From the sequence record DRR378314_581: a DNA stretch of 41,211 nt, one strand, 5' to 3'. This document shows, piece after piece, positions 29,682-41,008 of the stretch. The first letter of the stretch is position 1; every line of letters begins with the position of its first letter. Below the pieces are notes generated by a model that was not told the origin of the DNA, ran no database searches, and saw only the letters and a program-made list of their open reading frames with translations. Made by a program: the position numbers and the translations under genes.

Positions 29682-30431
29682 ATGCTTAAAGAAGAAAGAC
29701 AGCATTCCATACTCAACGAAGTGGAGCTGCACAACAGAGTGTTGCTTACGGATTTGGCCGAGAAACTTGAAGTTTCCATTGATACCGTGAGGCGAGACGT
29801 TAAGGAACTGGATGCGGAAAATTTGTTGGTCAAAGTGCATGGGGGTGCCGTTTCTTTGGGGTTTGCCAATCACAGCCCTCAACAAAGCAATGTTTATGCA
29901 CAAGACAAGAAAATAGCTATCGCCAAAAAGGCGGTGGGCCTCCTTAAAAACAATAGTGTTGTTCTTATTGATGGGGGAACAACTTGTTTGGAATTGGCAC
30001 GGTTATTACCTGTAAATCTAAAGCTTACCTGTTTTACCTTGAGCCTTCCCGTAGCCATGGAGTTGCTGCGCAAACCAAATGTAGAAACAATTTTTATTGG
30101 AGGTACACTTTCAAAGGGTTCGCAAATAGCTATGGGCTCCAGTACCATCAATGCATTGTCACAGATAAAAGTGGATTATAGCTTTATAGGAACAGGCTAT
30201 GTTGATACCGAATTTGGATTAACTGAATTTGATTGGGATGTAGTACAGACCAAAAAGGCCGTTATCAATGCCTCTAAGAAAGCCGTACTTTTATGTATTT
30301 CGGAGAAGCTGAATTCCCAGCATCGCTTTAAAACTTGCGATCTAAACATAATCAATACCATGATAACGGAATTGGAGCCTTGGGATTCAAAACTTGATGC
30401 ATTCAAAAATTTGAACATACAAATATTATAA
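29682..30431 (+). CDS. DeoR/GlpR family transcriptional regulator
   Basis: HTH LAEKLEVSIDTVRRDVKEL, KVHGGA, IDGGTT. Confidence 0.94.
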   Translation: MLKEERQHSILNEVELHNRVLLTDLAEKLEVSIDTVRRDVKELDAENLLVKVHGGAVSLGFANHSPQQSNVYAQDKKIAIAKKAVGLLKNNSVVLIDGGTTCLELARLLPVNLKLTCFTLSLPVAMELLRKPNVETIFIGGTLSKGSQIAMGSSTINALSQIKVDYSFIGTGYVDTEFGLTEFDWDVVQTKKAVINASKKAVLLCISEKLNSQHRFKTCDLNIINTMITELEPWDSKLDAFKNLNIQIL

Positions 30432-30435
30432 TATA

Positions 30436-31251
30436 GTGGTACAAAAGCACATTAAGATTACTGAGGAACCATCCCACTATGATGGGTTGGATGAAATGGA
30501 TACTTTGGATATTGTGACCCATATCAACAATGAGGACAAGAAAGTGGCGGAAGCTGTTGAGCAGGTATTGCCTCAGGTTGTCCAAGTTGTTGATGAAATG
30601 GCCAAGCGTTTTGATAAAGGAGGAAGGCTGTTTTATATAGGAGCTGGAACCAGCGGAAGATTGGGCATATTGGATGCTTCGGAAATTCCACCTACGTTTG
30701 GAATGCCACACGATAGAGTAATTGGATTAATTGCAGGAGGTGATCAGGCGATTCGCAAGGCGGTCGAGAATGCAGAAGATGATACGGAGCAAGCTTGGAA
30801 GGACCTTCAAGAATACGATATCAATCCTAATGATGTTTTGGTGGGCATAGCAGCTTCGGGCACAACACCCTACGTATTGGGAGGGATTGCAGATGCAAAG
30901 GCCAATGGTATCTTAACGGCGGGAATAACTAACAATCCAGGCTCACCTTTGGCCCAATCAACCGATATTCCCATTGAAGTGAACGTAGGACCCGAATTTT
31001 TAACCGGAAGTACGCGTATGAAAAGTGGAACCAGTCAAAAACTGGTGCTCAATATGATTTCTACCGCTTTGATGATCCGTGTGGGCAGGGTCAAAGGAAA
31101 CAAAATGGTGAATATGCAATTGAGCAATACCAAATTGTTGGATAGGGGCACACGATATATTATGGAAGAACTTGGATTGGGCTATGACGAAGCAGAAAAA
31201 GCGCTCAAAAAATATGGTTCGGTAAAGTTGGCCGTAGATGCTTTGAAATAA
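30436..31251 (+). CDS. murQ: N-acetylmuramic acid 6-phosphate etherase
   Basis: YIGAGTSGRLGILDASE, GIAASGTTPYV, GPEFLTGSTRMKSGT; GTG start. Confidence 0.95.
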   Translation: MVQKHIKITEEPSHYDGLDEMDTLDIVTHINNEDKKVAEAVEQVLPQVVQVVDEMAKRFDKGGRLFYIGAGTSGRLGILDASEIPPTFGMPHDRVIGLIAGGDQAIRKAVENAEDDTEQAWKDLQEYDINPNDVLVGIAASGTTPYVLGGIADAKANGILTAGITNNPGSPLAQSTDIPIEVNVGPEFLTGSTRMKSGTSQKLVLNMISTALMIRVGRVKGNKMVNMQLSNTKLLDRGTRYIMEELGLGYDEAEKALKKYGSVKLAVDALK

Positions 31252-31263
31252 GTGAATACCTTA

Positions 31264-32382
31264 TTATTTCGGCTCTAAGCGGTAAATACCTTTCCCCTCA
31301 ATACTTACATAGATAAAACCATCGGGTGCTTGACGTACATTGCGAACACGACCCATGCCATCCAGCAACTTTTCTCGATAGGTCACTTGGTTTTCGTTTA
31401 GCTCCAGTCGCTCCAAATATTGAAAAGCCAAAGAGCCGACCAATAAGTTGCCTTGCCATTTGGGATACTTACCGGAAGTAACGAACGTCATTCCCGAGGG
31501 AGCAATGGATGGTGTCCACTGATGCAGCGGCTGCTCCATACCGGGCCGTGAGGTTTCATCGGTGATTTCAGTACCGCTGTAATTAATACCGTAGGTGATT
31601 ACGGGCCATCCGTAATTTTTTCCTTTTTGTATGATATTGATTTCATCCCCGCCCCTTGGGCCGTGTTCGTGCTCCCAAAGCACTCCTGTTTTTGGATGTA
31701 GAGCCAAACCTTGTGGGTTTCGATGTCCATAGCTGTAGATCGCTTTTTTCGCCCCGCTTTTATCCACAAATGGATTGTCTTCAGGAATACGGCCATCATC
31801 GTGCAAACGGTATATTTTACCACCATCGCGGGTGATATCCTGTGGATTTACATCCCTATTTCCCCTGTCGCCAATGGAAAAAAACAAGTATCTGTCTCTA
31901 TCAAACTCTATTCTTGAGCCAAAATGTTGTCCACGTGTTGAGTTTGGCGATGCTTTGTAGAGCTTTTCAACATTTACAAGTTTATTGTTGGATAACTTGG
32001 CTCGTATTATGGATGTATTACCACCTTTGCCCTCTCCTTCAGATGAGGCATAAGAGAAATAAATCCAACCATTGTTATCATAATCGGGATGCAGTTCAAT
32101 ATCCATTAATCCACCTTGACCTCTGTTGTAAACTTCAGGTGAATTTTCAATTTCCTTGGTGTTGCCAGATTGGTAAAGAAGAAGCTTTCCAGACTTTTCC
32201 GAGATTAAAATGGCCTCATTGGGCAAGAAAACCATCCCCCAGGCGTTCTGAAGGTCATCTACCACGAGTTCCACAGTAAAATCAAGGGTTTCGGGAGAAT
32301 TTATATCATTTTTTGGCGCTTGAGCGCATGATGTACCAAGCAGTACAACGAAAAAATAGGGGAACAAGAGACTATTTTGCAT
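31264..32382 (-). CDS. PQQ-dependent aldose sugar dehydrogenase (YliI/Asd-like), probable lipoprotein
   Basis: Lipobox-like LGTSC; GQGGL, HFGSRI, SYGHRNPQG, HGPRGGDEIN, NYGWP, IAPSG. Confidence 0.9.
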   Translation of the reverse strand: MQNSLLFPYFFVVLLGTSCAQAPKNDINSPETLDFTVELVVDDLQNAWGMVFLPNEAILISEKSGKLLLYQSGNTKEIENSPEVYNRGQGGLMDIELHPDYDNNGWIYFSYASSEGEGKGGNTSIIRAKLSNNKLVNVEKLYKASPNSTRGQHFGSRIEFDRDRYLFFSIGDRGNRDVNPQDITRDGGKIYRLHDDGRIPEDNPFVDKSGAKKAIYSYGHRNPQGLALHPKTGVLWEHEHGPRGGDEINIIQKGKNYGWPVITYGINYSGTEITDETSRPGMEQPLHQWTPSIAPSGMTFVTSGKYPKWQGNLLVGSLAFQYLERLELNENQVTYREKLLDGMGRVRNVRQAPDGFIYVSIEGKGIYRLEPK

Positions 32383-32536
32383 AATTTTACGTTGAAATAA
32401 TAGATTTAATGGATGAACGGCATTTTTTTAAAGCCGGTTGATTAAGATAAACAGAATTTTTATAAGAAAAGAAAATTACTATTTAAGAATATAAAGGTCC
32501 CAAATCTGAGTATTCTTCCAAACAAGACTTAACCCT

Positions 32537-35500
32537 ATGCTCCCACAAAAAACAAGGCATTTGCTATATGTCGTGTTGTTGGTGTTCATTTCAATCTTCG
32601 GTTCCACGGTATTGGCAAAAACAAATGTTACAAGGATACTAACAAATATGGTGTCCAACAGAACAGAGCCCAAGACCCTAAAAGAGATTCCCGATGTAGC
32701 TAAAACGGAAGCATCTACCGAAAAAAGTGAACTTTTTGCAACACCCCCTATGTTCGCTACCATAATCAATGGAGCGAACGAGGAGGTTACGTGCCCGAAC
32801 GATGGTAGTACCGTGGCAAAATTCTTCTTGTGCGGAACCAGCGATGTTAGGACATTGACGCTGAGTCAATCCGGAAGTTCCTACCAATGGCAGCGGCTAG
32901 ACCCCAACAGTTGCGCGCCCACCGTGGTGGATGATTGTCCTACCATCAATAGTGCTTGTACTTGGAATACCGTTGGTACCGATCCAACCTTCAACTTGTC
33001 ATCTGCTGGAGAGTTTAGAGTTCGAGTAAACTCTGGACAATATTATTATTTTAAGTCAACCCTGAATCCATTGGACCCGCAACTCATCAAAGAAGATATT
33101 GTCTGTGGGAACCCGGGCAGGGTAGAAGTTACCAATGTTCCCGTTGGATACGAGTATAGTTTGAACAGTGCAGCCGGACCTTATCAAGATGCTCCTTTCT
33201 TTGATATTACAGCTTCTGGAGATTACAGGGTTTATGTTAGATTAAAAAATGTATCCGCAACTGCCTGTGTGTTTCCATCCAACGAAGTCACTGTTGATGA
33301 TTTGGACATCAGTGTAGATGTTACAGCAAACGATATTTTATGTAGCGGTGAACTTGGTAGCATAGATGTTAATGTGTCAGGCGTTCCTGGTTTTTATACT
33401 TACAGATTGGTGAAGAATGGCGTTACGGTAGATACTTTTGGACCCAATGGAGCCGATAATTATACTTTCGCCAATGTTAGTCCTGGTACGTATAGCATCA
33501 GGGTTGAAACCAACTCTTGCTCCGAGACTATCAACACCGATATTGATGGAGACCCCATTGTAATTGGAGGAGGAATAAGCCCATTGGCCGTTTCGGCAAC
33601 GGCATCAGACAGTTTTGGTTGTGGAGCAACTTCCGTAGATGTAAATGTAACTACCAGTGGAGGAACAGCACCGTATAGATTTAGTGTGGATGGAGGTGCT
33701 TTTAGTGCTACATATTCCAGTACATCCAGTTTTTCGGTAACTTCTGCTAGTACCTATAATATTTTGGTAGAGGACGCCAATGGCTGTCAGCGAACCGCTG
33801 CAGTCGCCGTTGAAAATATCCCACCACCCGTATTCAATTATACAGAGGAAGATGCCAATTGTGGCGGAGCCAACGATGGTAGAATCACGATAAATGTAAC
33901 AAGTGGTTATGGGTACGAAATTCTTTATAGTGTAGACAATGGTGCTACTTTCCAAGTAAGTAACGTGTTCTCAAACTTGGCCCCGGGTAATTATGATGTG
34001 GTATTGCGTTACGAGCAGGATTCTTTTACTTGTGAAACCACACCTCAAACAGCAACCATAGGTACACCATCTACAATAACAGCCACTGCCACAGCGGATA
34101 GTGCACCGACTTGTGTAGATGAAAACGGCGGGCAAATCACAATTTCAGGAGTTGCTGGAGGAACTGCACCTTATGAGTACAGCGTGGGAGCTGGTTTTAG
34201 TGCCAATCCAGTATTCCCAAGTTTGGGAGTTGGGACCTACACCCCAATGATTCGAGATGCCAATGGATGTGTGCAAGCACTTTCGGATATCGTCTTTAAC
34301 GCTTTGAACAAGCCAACTGACTTGGATTTCAACATTTCAAGTTTGGATTGTATCACGACCACCGCCTCGTTGGATTTAACCGTTACAGGAGGTTCGGGAA
34401 CGTATACATATGAAATTATAGCCCCGGCGGGAAGTGTTGTGAACAATGGAAACAACAGTACATTCACTGGTCTAGGCTTGGGAACTTATACTTTTAGGGT
34501 AACCGATGATGAAGGCTGTTCTTACGATGAAAATTATGCCATTACGGATATTAGTTCCATTGGTGTGCAAGGCCAACAAACCCGAGTGGTTACTTGTGTT
34601 GGTGATTCCGATGGTGAAGGACGATTTTTAGTGGATGGATTCAATTCCACCTACAGTTATAGTATTGATGGAGGAACGGTTTTCACAGGGCAAAACAATA
34701 GTATTATTCCGTTAACAGGATTGGCAGCCGGAAGCTATATGATTTCCGTTACCGATGAAGAAACCAATTGTACCGATACCGCGACATTGGTCATTGAAGA
34801 GCCATCTACAGCCCTTGCCATTTCTAGTTTGGATGTTACGGCAATGAGCTGCCAAAATGGTAATACGGGAGCTGTTCGTATCAATACCGTAGGTGGATGG
34901 GGTGGTAACAGATATACCCTTACCCAGCCTGATGGTTCTACCAGAGGGCCTAAAAACGGTAGTACATTCTCCAATCTTTCGCAAGATGGAGCCTATCAAG
35001 TTAGTGTAACGGATGCCAATGGATGTACCGTAACCGATAGCTTTACCTTAACACGTTTGGATGCACCAACTTTGACCTTGGATAGCGGTGCTTCGGACTT
35101 TTGTTACGATAACTTTACAGCGGCCACTCTCGCAGTGAATGCTTCAGGCGGTTTGGCGCCATATCAATACCGAATCAACGGTGGCGCTTTGGGAGCCAGT
35201 ACTAGTTTTACAGGACTTACCCCAGGCACATATACCATTGAGGTAATAGATGCCAACGATTGTAGGGACACTGTCACAGCAACCATCGAGCCACAAGTTA
35301 TGGCCAATGCGACTACGATTCAAGAACTGGATTGTGCAGGCCCTCCCGGTCAAATTCAGGTGAACATCACCAATGGCTACACCTCTTCGGGGGACTATGA
35401 TATTTATGAAGTGAGCATTAATGGCGCTCCATATACTTCGGACAACAATAATATTTCAGGAAATTCCTTTGTATACAATATTCCAAATGATGGTTCCATA

Positions 35501-38500
35501 ATTTCGGACACCACCTTCCAGTTCCAAATTACTGATGCGAGGGGATGTACCACGGAAACCAATACGGTAACTATTTCTCCACCAGAGACTATCGCTGGTA
35601 CCGCAGTGGCTGCGGATACCCAATGTGGAGACAATACCAGCGGGGTAGTGGAGTTGATTCCGGATACCACACAAGGTGTTCCTCCATATGAGTTTAGTAA
35701 TGATAATGGAGCGACTTTTAGTACACAAAATATATTTTCCGGATACGGTCCAGGATCCCATGGTGGTTTCATAATTCGAGATAGTAGGGGGTGCGTGAGC
35801 CCTGCCTATACCGTAACCATTGGAACAAGTGATCCATTGGATGCTACGGCAACTCCCATCGATGCGGTTTGTTCAGCAGGTTCTGTAAACGGTTCCATTT
35901 CTGCCACCATAAACAATGGGGTGGCTCCATTTGATTATGTTTTGGTAGATGAATTTGGCGGTACGGTAGCATCATCAACAGGTACTGCAAGTACAACGGT
36001 AAACTTTCCAAACTTGCCATTAGGAAACTATACGGTAATTACTACGGATGCACAAGGTTGTGAAGACCGCGACCAAGTGGTCATCGACCAGAACCAGTTG
36101 GATTTGATTCCATTGGACGCAGACCCAGCTCTTTGTTCGGATACTGCATTCCCATACCGGGTTCAGGCCTCGGGAGGAACAGGACCGTATGAGTTCAGAT
36201 TGGTGGGAGATCCATCATGGACATTGGGTACTGGTGCTGGCAACGATATTTTCGATGTAACCGGTCTTGTAGTGCCTGGAGTAACTTATTTTGTTGAGGT
36301 AAGGGATGCTAATGGCTGTACCTATATCGAAGAGATTGACCCAATTGGCCCCATTAATCCCGTAGCTGTAGCAGCAACGTCCTTGTCAGCCTCCTGTAAT
36401 GTGGCGGGCAGTGGTGCTATTGATTATGAAGTTTCAGGTATATCAGCGCCGGGTGATTTCACTCTAACATTACAAAACACAGATACTGGTGCAACGGTTT
36501 CCGGGCCAACATCATTTACAGGCGAAACCATTCCTTATAATGGAACATTTACAGGATTGGCACCAGGGAACTACCAAATTATTGTTACCGACGACACCAA
36601 CGGATGTAGCGGAAGCACTTTGGCTTTTATAGATATCAGTTCAGTATCCATTGCTATCGATAATTTTGTGGAAGCTACCTGTAATGTGGGCGCTTTGGTG
36701 ACTGTAAGAGGTTTTGGTAGCACAGGTCCGTATAACTACGCCTATGTGCCAACAGGAGACCCAGCACCGTCAACATTTACTTCCGAAACCACGTTTGAGA
36801 TTCCTGGGCCATATTCGGCCGACTACGATTTTTATGTGCAAGATGCTAATGGATGTACCGCTTTAACAACCTTAACGGTGACACAAGAAGCAGGAGTTCC
36901 AAATCCAGTAATTGATGTAGTAAACCAGTGTACAGCGACAAGCGGTTATCAAATTGATATCGTTTCGCCACTTTCAACAGGTTCTGGATTGCCCGAGGAA
37001 ACTTTCCAATATGATATTGGAAGTGGCTTTCAAACAGGAACCACTTTTATCGTGCCCAATCCAGGAAGCTACGTCATCACGGTTAGGGATGGCAACGGGT
37101 GTACCAATACGGTGACAGCAGATGTATTTGATTTCTTTGCTATTTCTGCGGATGCCACTTCTTATCCAACCTGTAATGCAGGAGATGGAGAGATTACGGT
37201 GAACACGACTGGAGGTAGTGGTAATTTTGAATACCAATTGAGGGATGCAGGTACGTTGGCCAATATTGGGCCTGCTCAACCAACCAATGTATTCCTTAAT
37301 GTATTGCCAGGGGACTACAACATTTTGGTTACGGATTTAGATTCCAACACGGCTCCCTTGTGTTCAGATGAAGCCATTGTAAATGTTTCTACAGTAAACA
37401 CACCAGTAATTACAGCTACACCAAGTAGTGATGTAACCTGTTTTGGTGCTGATGATGGAACCATATCCGTAGAACTACAACCTGGAACTGATACCGATAC
37501 GCCCATTAATTATGTGTTGTACCAAGGTTCAACTTCAAATATTATTGCAGGGCCACAAGGGTCTCCAGTGTTTGATGATTTGCTACCAGATACCTATCAA
37601 GTTGAGGCAGTTTCCGATAGAGGCTGTACCGACCGTTCAGGGGACATCATTATAGATGAACCAAGCGAATTGATGGTAAATGCAATCAATACCGATTTTA
37701 GCTGTAATCCATCCAGTAACCAATTCAGTACCGCGACCATTACAATTTATACCGATGATAATGGAGATGGAACAGGAACCCCTACAGGTTCGGGCTTGTA
37801 CACATACAGTATGAATGATGGCACGCCCCAGTTTGACGGAACCAACTTCCAGACAAGCAATACCTTTGAGGTGATTGATAATGGAACTGATCAGACTATC
37901 ATTGTAACGGCACGAGATCAAAATGGATGTGAACTTACCGATACGGTCTACATCAATACTCCGACGGACATTACCTTCAGTTACAATGTCAATCAAATTT
38001 CTTGTGATGCTTCAGGAAGTGGCGTTAATCCAGGCTCTATTGATATCATTATAAATGAAGGGCCCGGAGATTACGAAGTGGAGATTTTACCGCTAGGTTC
38101 CGAACCGGCCCTTAGTTCAGGTGGAAGCGATAGAGTAAGCTGGGATATTTCCACACCTGGTGATTATATATTCGCGGTAACTGATGTGGGCAGTGGAGGA
38201 TGTACCTATTTGACTACCACCATCAATATGCCCGAATATAACAATATTGAGGCTGTGATCGCTGAAGTGGACCCTGTAACCTGTTTTAATGGTAGTGATG
38301 GTGTCATAAGTTTGGACATCAGCAATTATAGCGGTGCATATAACTACGAGGTATTCTCTAGAGATAATGCAGGAGTTGAAACGACAACGGGTGTAACGGG
38401 TACTTTTGATACCAACGCACCTATCAATTCTCCTGAACTCATTGAAAATGTACCAGCGGGTAATTTGGTGGTCCGGATTGAAGCTTTGGATACGCCTTAT

Positions 38501-40849
38501 TGTGACGCGGTAAGTAATGTAACAACGGTGCGTTCACCGGACAGACCTTTAACTGTTGATGCTGTACAGACATCTCCCGTTACGTGCAACGTACCTGGGT
38601 TTGGAGAAATTACAGCTTCTGGAGATGGGGGATGGGGAACCTATGAATATCAACTGGTGGCATCCGATGGAACTATTTTGGTGGATTACCCAAATACCAA
38701 CCCTGTTTTTGAGGACTTATCAACAGACACCTATACCGTAAATGTTAGGGATTGGAGAGGCTGTGAATCTACAACGGATGTAGATTTGCTTCCACCAATC
38801 GATATAACAGCGAATATTCGTATTGTGAGTCCATTGGCCTGTAACAACGATAACGATGCCATTATTGAAGCATACAATATGGCTGGTGGACAAGGACCAG
38901 GTAACTATTTGTATCAACTGAATAGAATTACGGATGGTACCAATAGTGGATTACAGACTACCCCGACTTTTGCCAATTTATCCGCTGGAGACTATAGAAT
39001 TACCATTTTTGATGGCTGGAACTGTAGTGCCCAAACAGATGTAATAACCATTTCAGACCCAGAAATCGTAGTTGCCGAACTGGTGGAATTACAGCCACCC
39101 GGATGCGGAGACTTGGGTAGAATGGAACTTACCGTGACCAATCCAGAACCAGGTGTAGATTATTTTTACCGCAGATCGGGCACTACCGATCCGTTTATAC
39201 CTTTTGGAGCGGGAATGACCAGCGTAGAGATTGCAGCAGATATTACATTAGATCCAGGACCGTTCCAGTACGATGTGCAAAATTCCAATGGATGTCCATT
39301 TGAGAAATCCAATCAGATCTCGCTAGATCCAGCTGCACCTTTGGTAATCGATTTGGATTTGACCAACGCCACCATAAATTGCGCGGGAGAGGCAACGGGA
39401 ATTATACGTTCCGAAGCTTTTGGAGGTATCGGAAATTATGTTTATACCTTGGTAAATTCCAATACATTGCCTCCATCGGCAGCAACCATTGTTCGTCCTG
39501 CCCAAAGCTCGGGTATCTTTAGGGAATTGAATCCGGGAACATATTACGTGTATGCTGAAAGTGGCGGATGTGAGGCTATTTCGAGCCCCATAGTTATTGA
39601 GCCAAGAGACCCATTGGTATTGGATTATTTGGAGGCGGTGCCCGTGTTGTGCTCCGGGGATATGAATGGACAGATCATTATTGAGGCTAGTGGGGGAACA
39701 GGTCAGATCAGATATTCAATTTCTGATACTTTAAGTGAATTTTTTGAAGGCGATGACCCCGTAAACCCAAATAGAAAGACCTTTACCAACTTGGCACCGA
39801 GAACGTACGATATCATTATACAGGATGATTTAGGCTGTACCATTACCAGAACAGTGGAGATTACCCAACCTATGGAGTTGGTAGCGGGAGTTGTAGATAC
39901 AACCCCAGAAACCTGTATGGGCGATGCGGATGGAACCATGACCCTTGAGGTTACTGGAGGTACAGCTCCTTATTACACAAGTGTAAACTCCGCCGACGAT
40001 GCTGATTTTGTACAAAACGATAACCTATTTTTTGATAACCTTCAAGGAGGTGAAACCTATGTTGTATTTGTTAGGGATGCCAATGGCTGCCAAACCAATG
40101 TAATTGCAGAAATTGGGGTAGGGGTGGATATTGTTGCAGAACCTGTGGTGGAATATGGTTGTGAAGGTATATTCCCGAATAGCACAGTTACCATTAATGT
40201 CGAGGACAGTTCTCAACTATCTGACTTATTGTTCTCTTTGGATGTGGACGATGTAATGATGGCGACCAACCAGCGCACCTTTGGAGATTTACCGGCAGGA
40301 GAGCATACGGTTTACATCTATCATTCCAATGGCTGTATCACTTTTGTTGACTTCGAAGTTGAAGCATACGAACCACTTACATTGGAGGCCACTAAAACCG
40401 GTCCTGATGAAGTTACGGCAATCGCAACCGGCGGTTTTGGAGGATATGAGTACTTCTTCCAAGGAGAGTCTTATGGTGGGGTAAACACCTTCAATATTAC
40501 GGTGGATTCCAATATTAATATTATGGTTCGTGATCAAAATGGATGTGAGGCCAGTATAGTGTTGCCATTCAACTTTGAGGGAATGCCCGAAATGCCAAAT
40601 TTCTTTACCCCAGATGGCGACAACCTAAACGACTATTGGTATCCACAGAACCGTGAGTATTTCCCTTTCATTGATGTAATAATTTACGATCGGTACGGAA
40701 GAGTAGTGGCACGTTTGGACCAAGTAAAAAAATGGGATGGAAACTATGAGGGTAAACCACTGCCAACAGGAGATTATTGGTATGTTGTAAATGCCAACGA
40801 CAATGAAAAACAACAGTTTGTGGGACACTTTACATTATATAGGGAATAA
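32537..40849 (+). CDS. Giant SprB-repeat surface protein with a T9SS type B C-terminal sorting domain
   Basis: 2770 aa; signal peptide; many GG..PY.Y...F..L..G.Y...V.DANGC repeats; C-terminal PNFFTPDGDNLNDYW...IYDRYGR...WDG...LPTGDYWY...GHFTLYR. Confidence 0.92.
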   Translation: MLPQKTRHLLYVVLLVFISIFGSTVLAKTNVTRILTNMVSNRTEPKTLKEIPDVAKTEASTEKSELFATPPMFATIINGANEEVTCPNDGSTVAKFFLCGTSDVRTLTLSQSGSSYQWQRLDPNSCAPTVVDDCPTINSACTWNTVGTDPTFNLSSAGEFRVRVNSGQYYYFKSTLNPLDPQLIKEDIVCGNPGRVEVTNVPVGYEYSLNSAAGPYQDAPFFDITASGDYRVYVRLKNVSATACVFPSNEVTVDDLDISVDVTANDILCSGELGSIDVNVSGVPGFYTYRLVKNGVTVDTFGPNGADNYTFANVSPGTYSIRVETNSCSETINTDIDGDPIVIGGGISPLAVSATASDSFGCGATSVDVNVTTSGGTAPYRFSVDGGAFSATYSSTSSFSVTSASTYNILVEDANGCQRTAAVAVENIPPPVFNYTEEDANCGGANDGRITINVTSGYGYEILYSVDNGATFQVSNVFSNLAPGNYDVVLRYEQDSFTCETTPQTATIGTPSTITATATADSAPTCVDENGGQITISGVAGGTAPYEYSVGAGFSANPVFPSLGVGTYTPMIRDANGCVQALSDIVFNALNKPTDLDFNISSLDCITTTASLDLTVTGGSGTYTYEIIAPAGSVVNNGNNSTFTGLGLGTYTFRVTDDEGCSYDENYAITDISSIGVQGQQTRVVTCVGDSDGEGRFLVDGFNSTYSYSIDGGTVFTGQNNSIIPLTGLAAGSYMISVTDEETNCTDTATLVIEEPSTALAISSLDVTAMSCQNGNTGAVRINTVGGWGGNRYTLTQPDGSTRGPKNGSTFSNLSQDGAYQVSVTDANGCTVTDSFTLTRLDAPTLTLDSGASDFCYDNFTAATLAVNASGGLAPYQYRINGGALGASTSFTGLTPGTYTIEVIDANDCRDTVTATIEPQVMANATTIQELDCAGPPGQIQVNITNGYTSSGDYDIYEVSINGAPYTSDNNNISGNSFVYNIPNDGSIISDTTFQFQITDARGCTTETNTVTISPPETIAGTAVAADTQCGDNTSGVVELIPDTTQGVPPYEFSNDNGATFSTQNIFSGYGPGSHGGFIIRDSRGCVSPAYTVTIGTSDPLDATATPIDAVCSAGSVNGSISATINNGVAPFDYVLVDEFGGTVASSTGTASTTVNFPNLPLGNYTVITTDAQGCEDRDQVVIDQNQLDLIPLDADPALCSDTAFPYRVQASGGTGPYEFRLVGDPSWTLGTGAGNDIFDVTGLVVPGVTYFVEVRDANGCTYIEEIDPIGPINPVAVAATSLSASCNVAGSGAIDYEVSGISAPGDFTLTLQNTDTGATVSGPTSFTGETIPYNGTFTGLAPGNYQIIVTDDTNGCSGSTLAFIDISSVSIAIDNFVEATCNVGALVTVRGFGSTGPYNYAYVPTGDPAPSTFTSETTFEIPGPYSADYDFYVQDANGCTALTTLTVTQEAGVPNPVIDVVNQCTATSGYQIDIVSPLSTGSGLPEETFQYDIGSGFQTGTTFIVPNPGSYVITVRDGNGCTNTVTADVFDFFAISADATSYPTCNAGDGEITVNTTGGSGNFEYQLRDAGTLANIGPAQPTNVFLNVLPGDYNILVTDLDSNTAPLCSDEAIVNVSTVNTPVITATPSSDVTCFGADDGTISVELQPGTDTDTPINYVLYQGSTSNIIAGPQGSPVFDDLLPDTYQVEAVSDRGCTDRSGDIIIDEPSELMVNAINTDFSCNPSSNQFSTATITIYTDDNGDGTGTPTGSGLYTYSMNDGTPQFDGTNFQTSNTFEVIDNGTDQTIIVTARDQNGCELTDTVYINTPTDITFSYNVNQISCDASGSGVNPGSIDIIINEGPGDYEVEILPLGSEPALSSGGSDRVSWDISTPGDYIFAVTDVGSGGCTYLTTTINMPEYNNIEAVIAEVDPVTCFNGSDGVISLDISNYSGAYNYEVFSRDNAGVETTTGVTGTFDTNAPINSPELIENVPAGNLVVRIEALDTPYCDAVSNVTTVRSPDRPLTVDAVQTSPVTCNVPGFGEITASGDGGWGTYEYQLVASDGTILVDYPNTNPVFEDLSTDTYTVNVRDWRGCESTTDVDLLPPIDITANIRIVSPLACNNDNDAIIEAYNMAGGQGPGNYLYQLNRITDGTNSGLQTTPTFANLSAGDYRITIFDGWNCSAQTDVITISDPEIVVAELVELQPPGCGDLGRMELTVTNPEPGVDYFYRRSGTTDPFIPFGAGMTSVEIAADITLDPGPFQYDVQNSNGCPFEKSNQISLDPAAPLVIDLDLTNATINCAGEATGIIRSEAFGGIGNYVYTLVNSNTLPPSAATIVRPAQSSGIFRELNPGTYYVYAESGGCEAISSPIVIEPRDPLVLDYLEAVPVLCSGDMNGQIIIEASGGTGQIRYSISDTLSEFFEGDDPVNPNRKTFTNLAPRTYDIIIQDDLGCTITRTVEITQPMELVAGVVDTTPETCMGDADGTMTLEVTGGTAPYYTSVNSADDADFVQNDNLFFDNLQGGETYVVFVRDANGCQTNVIAEIGVGVDIVAEPVVEYGCEGIFPNSTVTINVEDSSQLSDLLFSLDVDDVMMATNQRTFGDLPAGEHTVYIYHSNGCITFVDFEVEAYEPLTLEATKTGPDEVTAIATGGFGGYEYFFQGESYGGVNTFNITVDSNINIMVRDQNGCEASIVLPFNFEGMPEMPNFFTPDGDNLNDYWYPQNREYFPFIDVIIYDRYGRVVARLDQVKKWDGNYEGKPLPTGDYWYVVNANDNEKQQFVGHFTLYRE

Positions 40850-40943
40850 GATACTTACCAGTGTCCAGAAAATTAAAATTCAGAACTCTTGATGATACAT
40901 TAAAAGTTTTATCGGCTCTAGGTTAAAATCTCATCAAAATTTA

Positions 40944-40951
40944 TATTTTTG
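40944..40951 (+). promoter_or_regulatory. -7 promoter element for the tRNA locus
   Basis: TATTTTTG 11 nt before the tRNA-derived fragment at 40963. Confidence 0.55.
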
Positions 40952-40962
40952 CAGTCCAATTT

Positions 40963-41008
40963 CGGGATGTGGCCCTTCGGCTACGCTCGGGATTGACTCC
41001 GTCTGGTA
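40963..41008 (+). pseudogene. 5' fragment of tRNA-Pro interrupted by a REP-like insertion
   Basis: CGGGATGTGGC-[27 nt]-GTCTGGTA versus intact CGGGATGTGGC-GCA-GTCTGGTA (41086-41107); upstream ATTT is also shared. Confidence 0.8.
40973..41000 (+). repeat. 28-bp REP-like unit
   Basis: CCCTTCGGCTACGCTCGGGATTGACTCC; 21/28 ungapped identity to the reverse complement of 20938-20965. Confidence 0.8.

Noticed and set aside
32537-40849. Recurrent GATGCCAATGG-like DNA motifs in the giant gene as a repeat array or diversity-generating element
   Set aside because: Explained by the DANGC protein repeat with synonymous variation; I saw no long near-identical DNA repeats or reverse transcriptase
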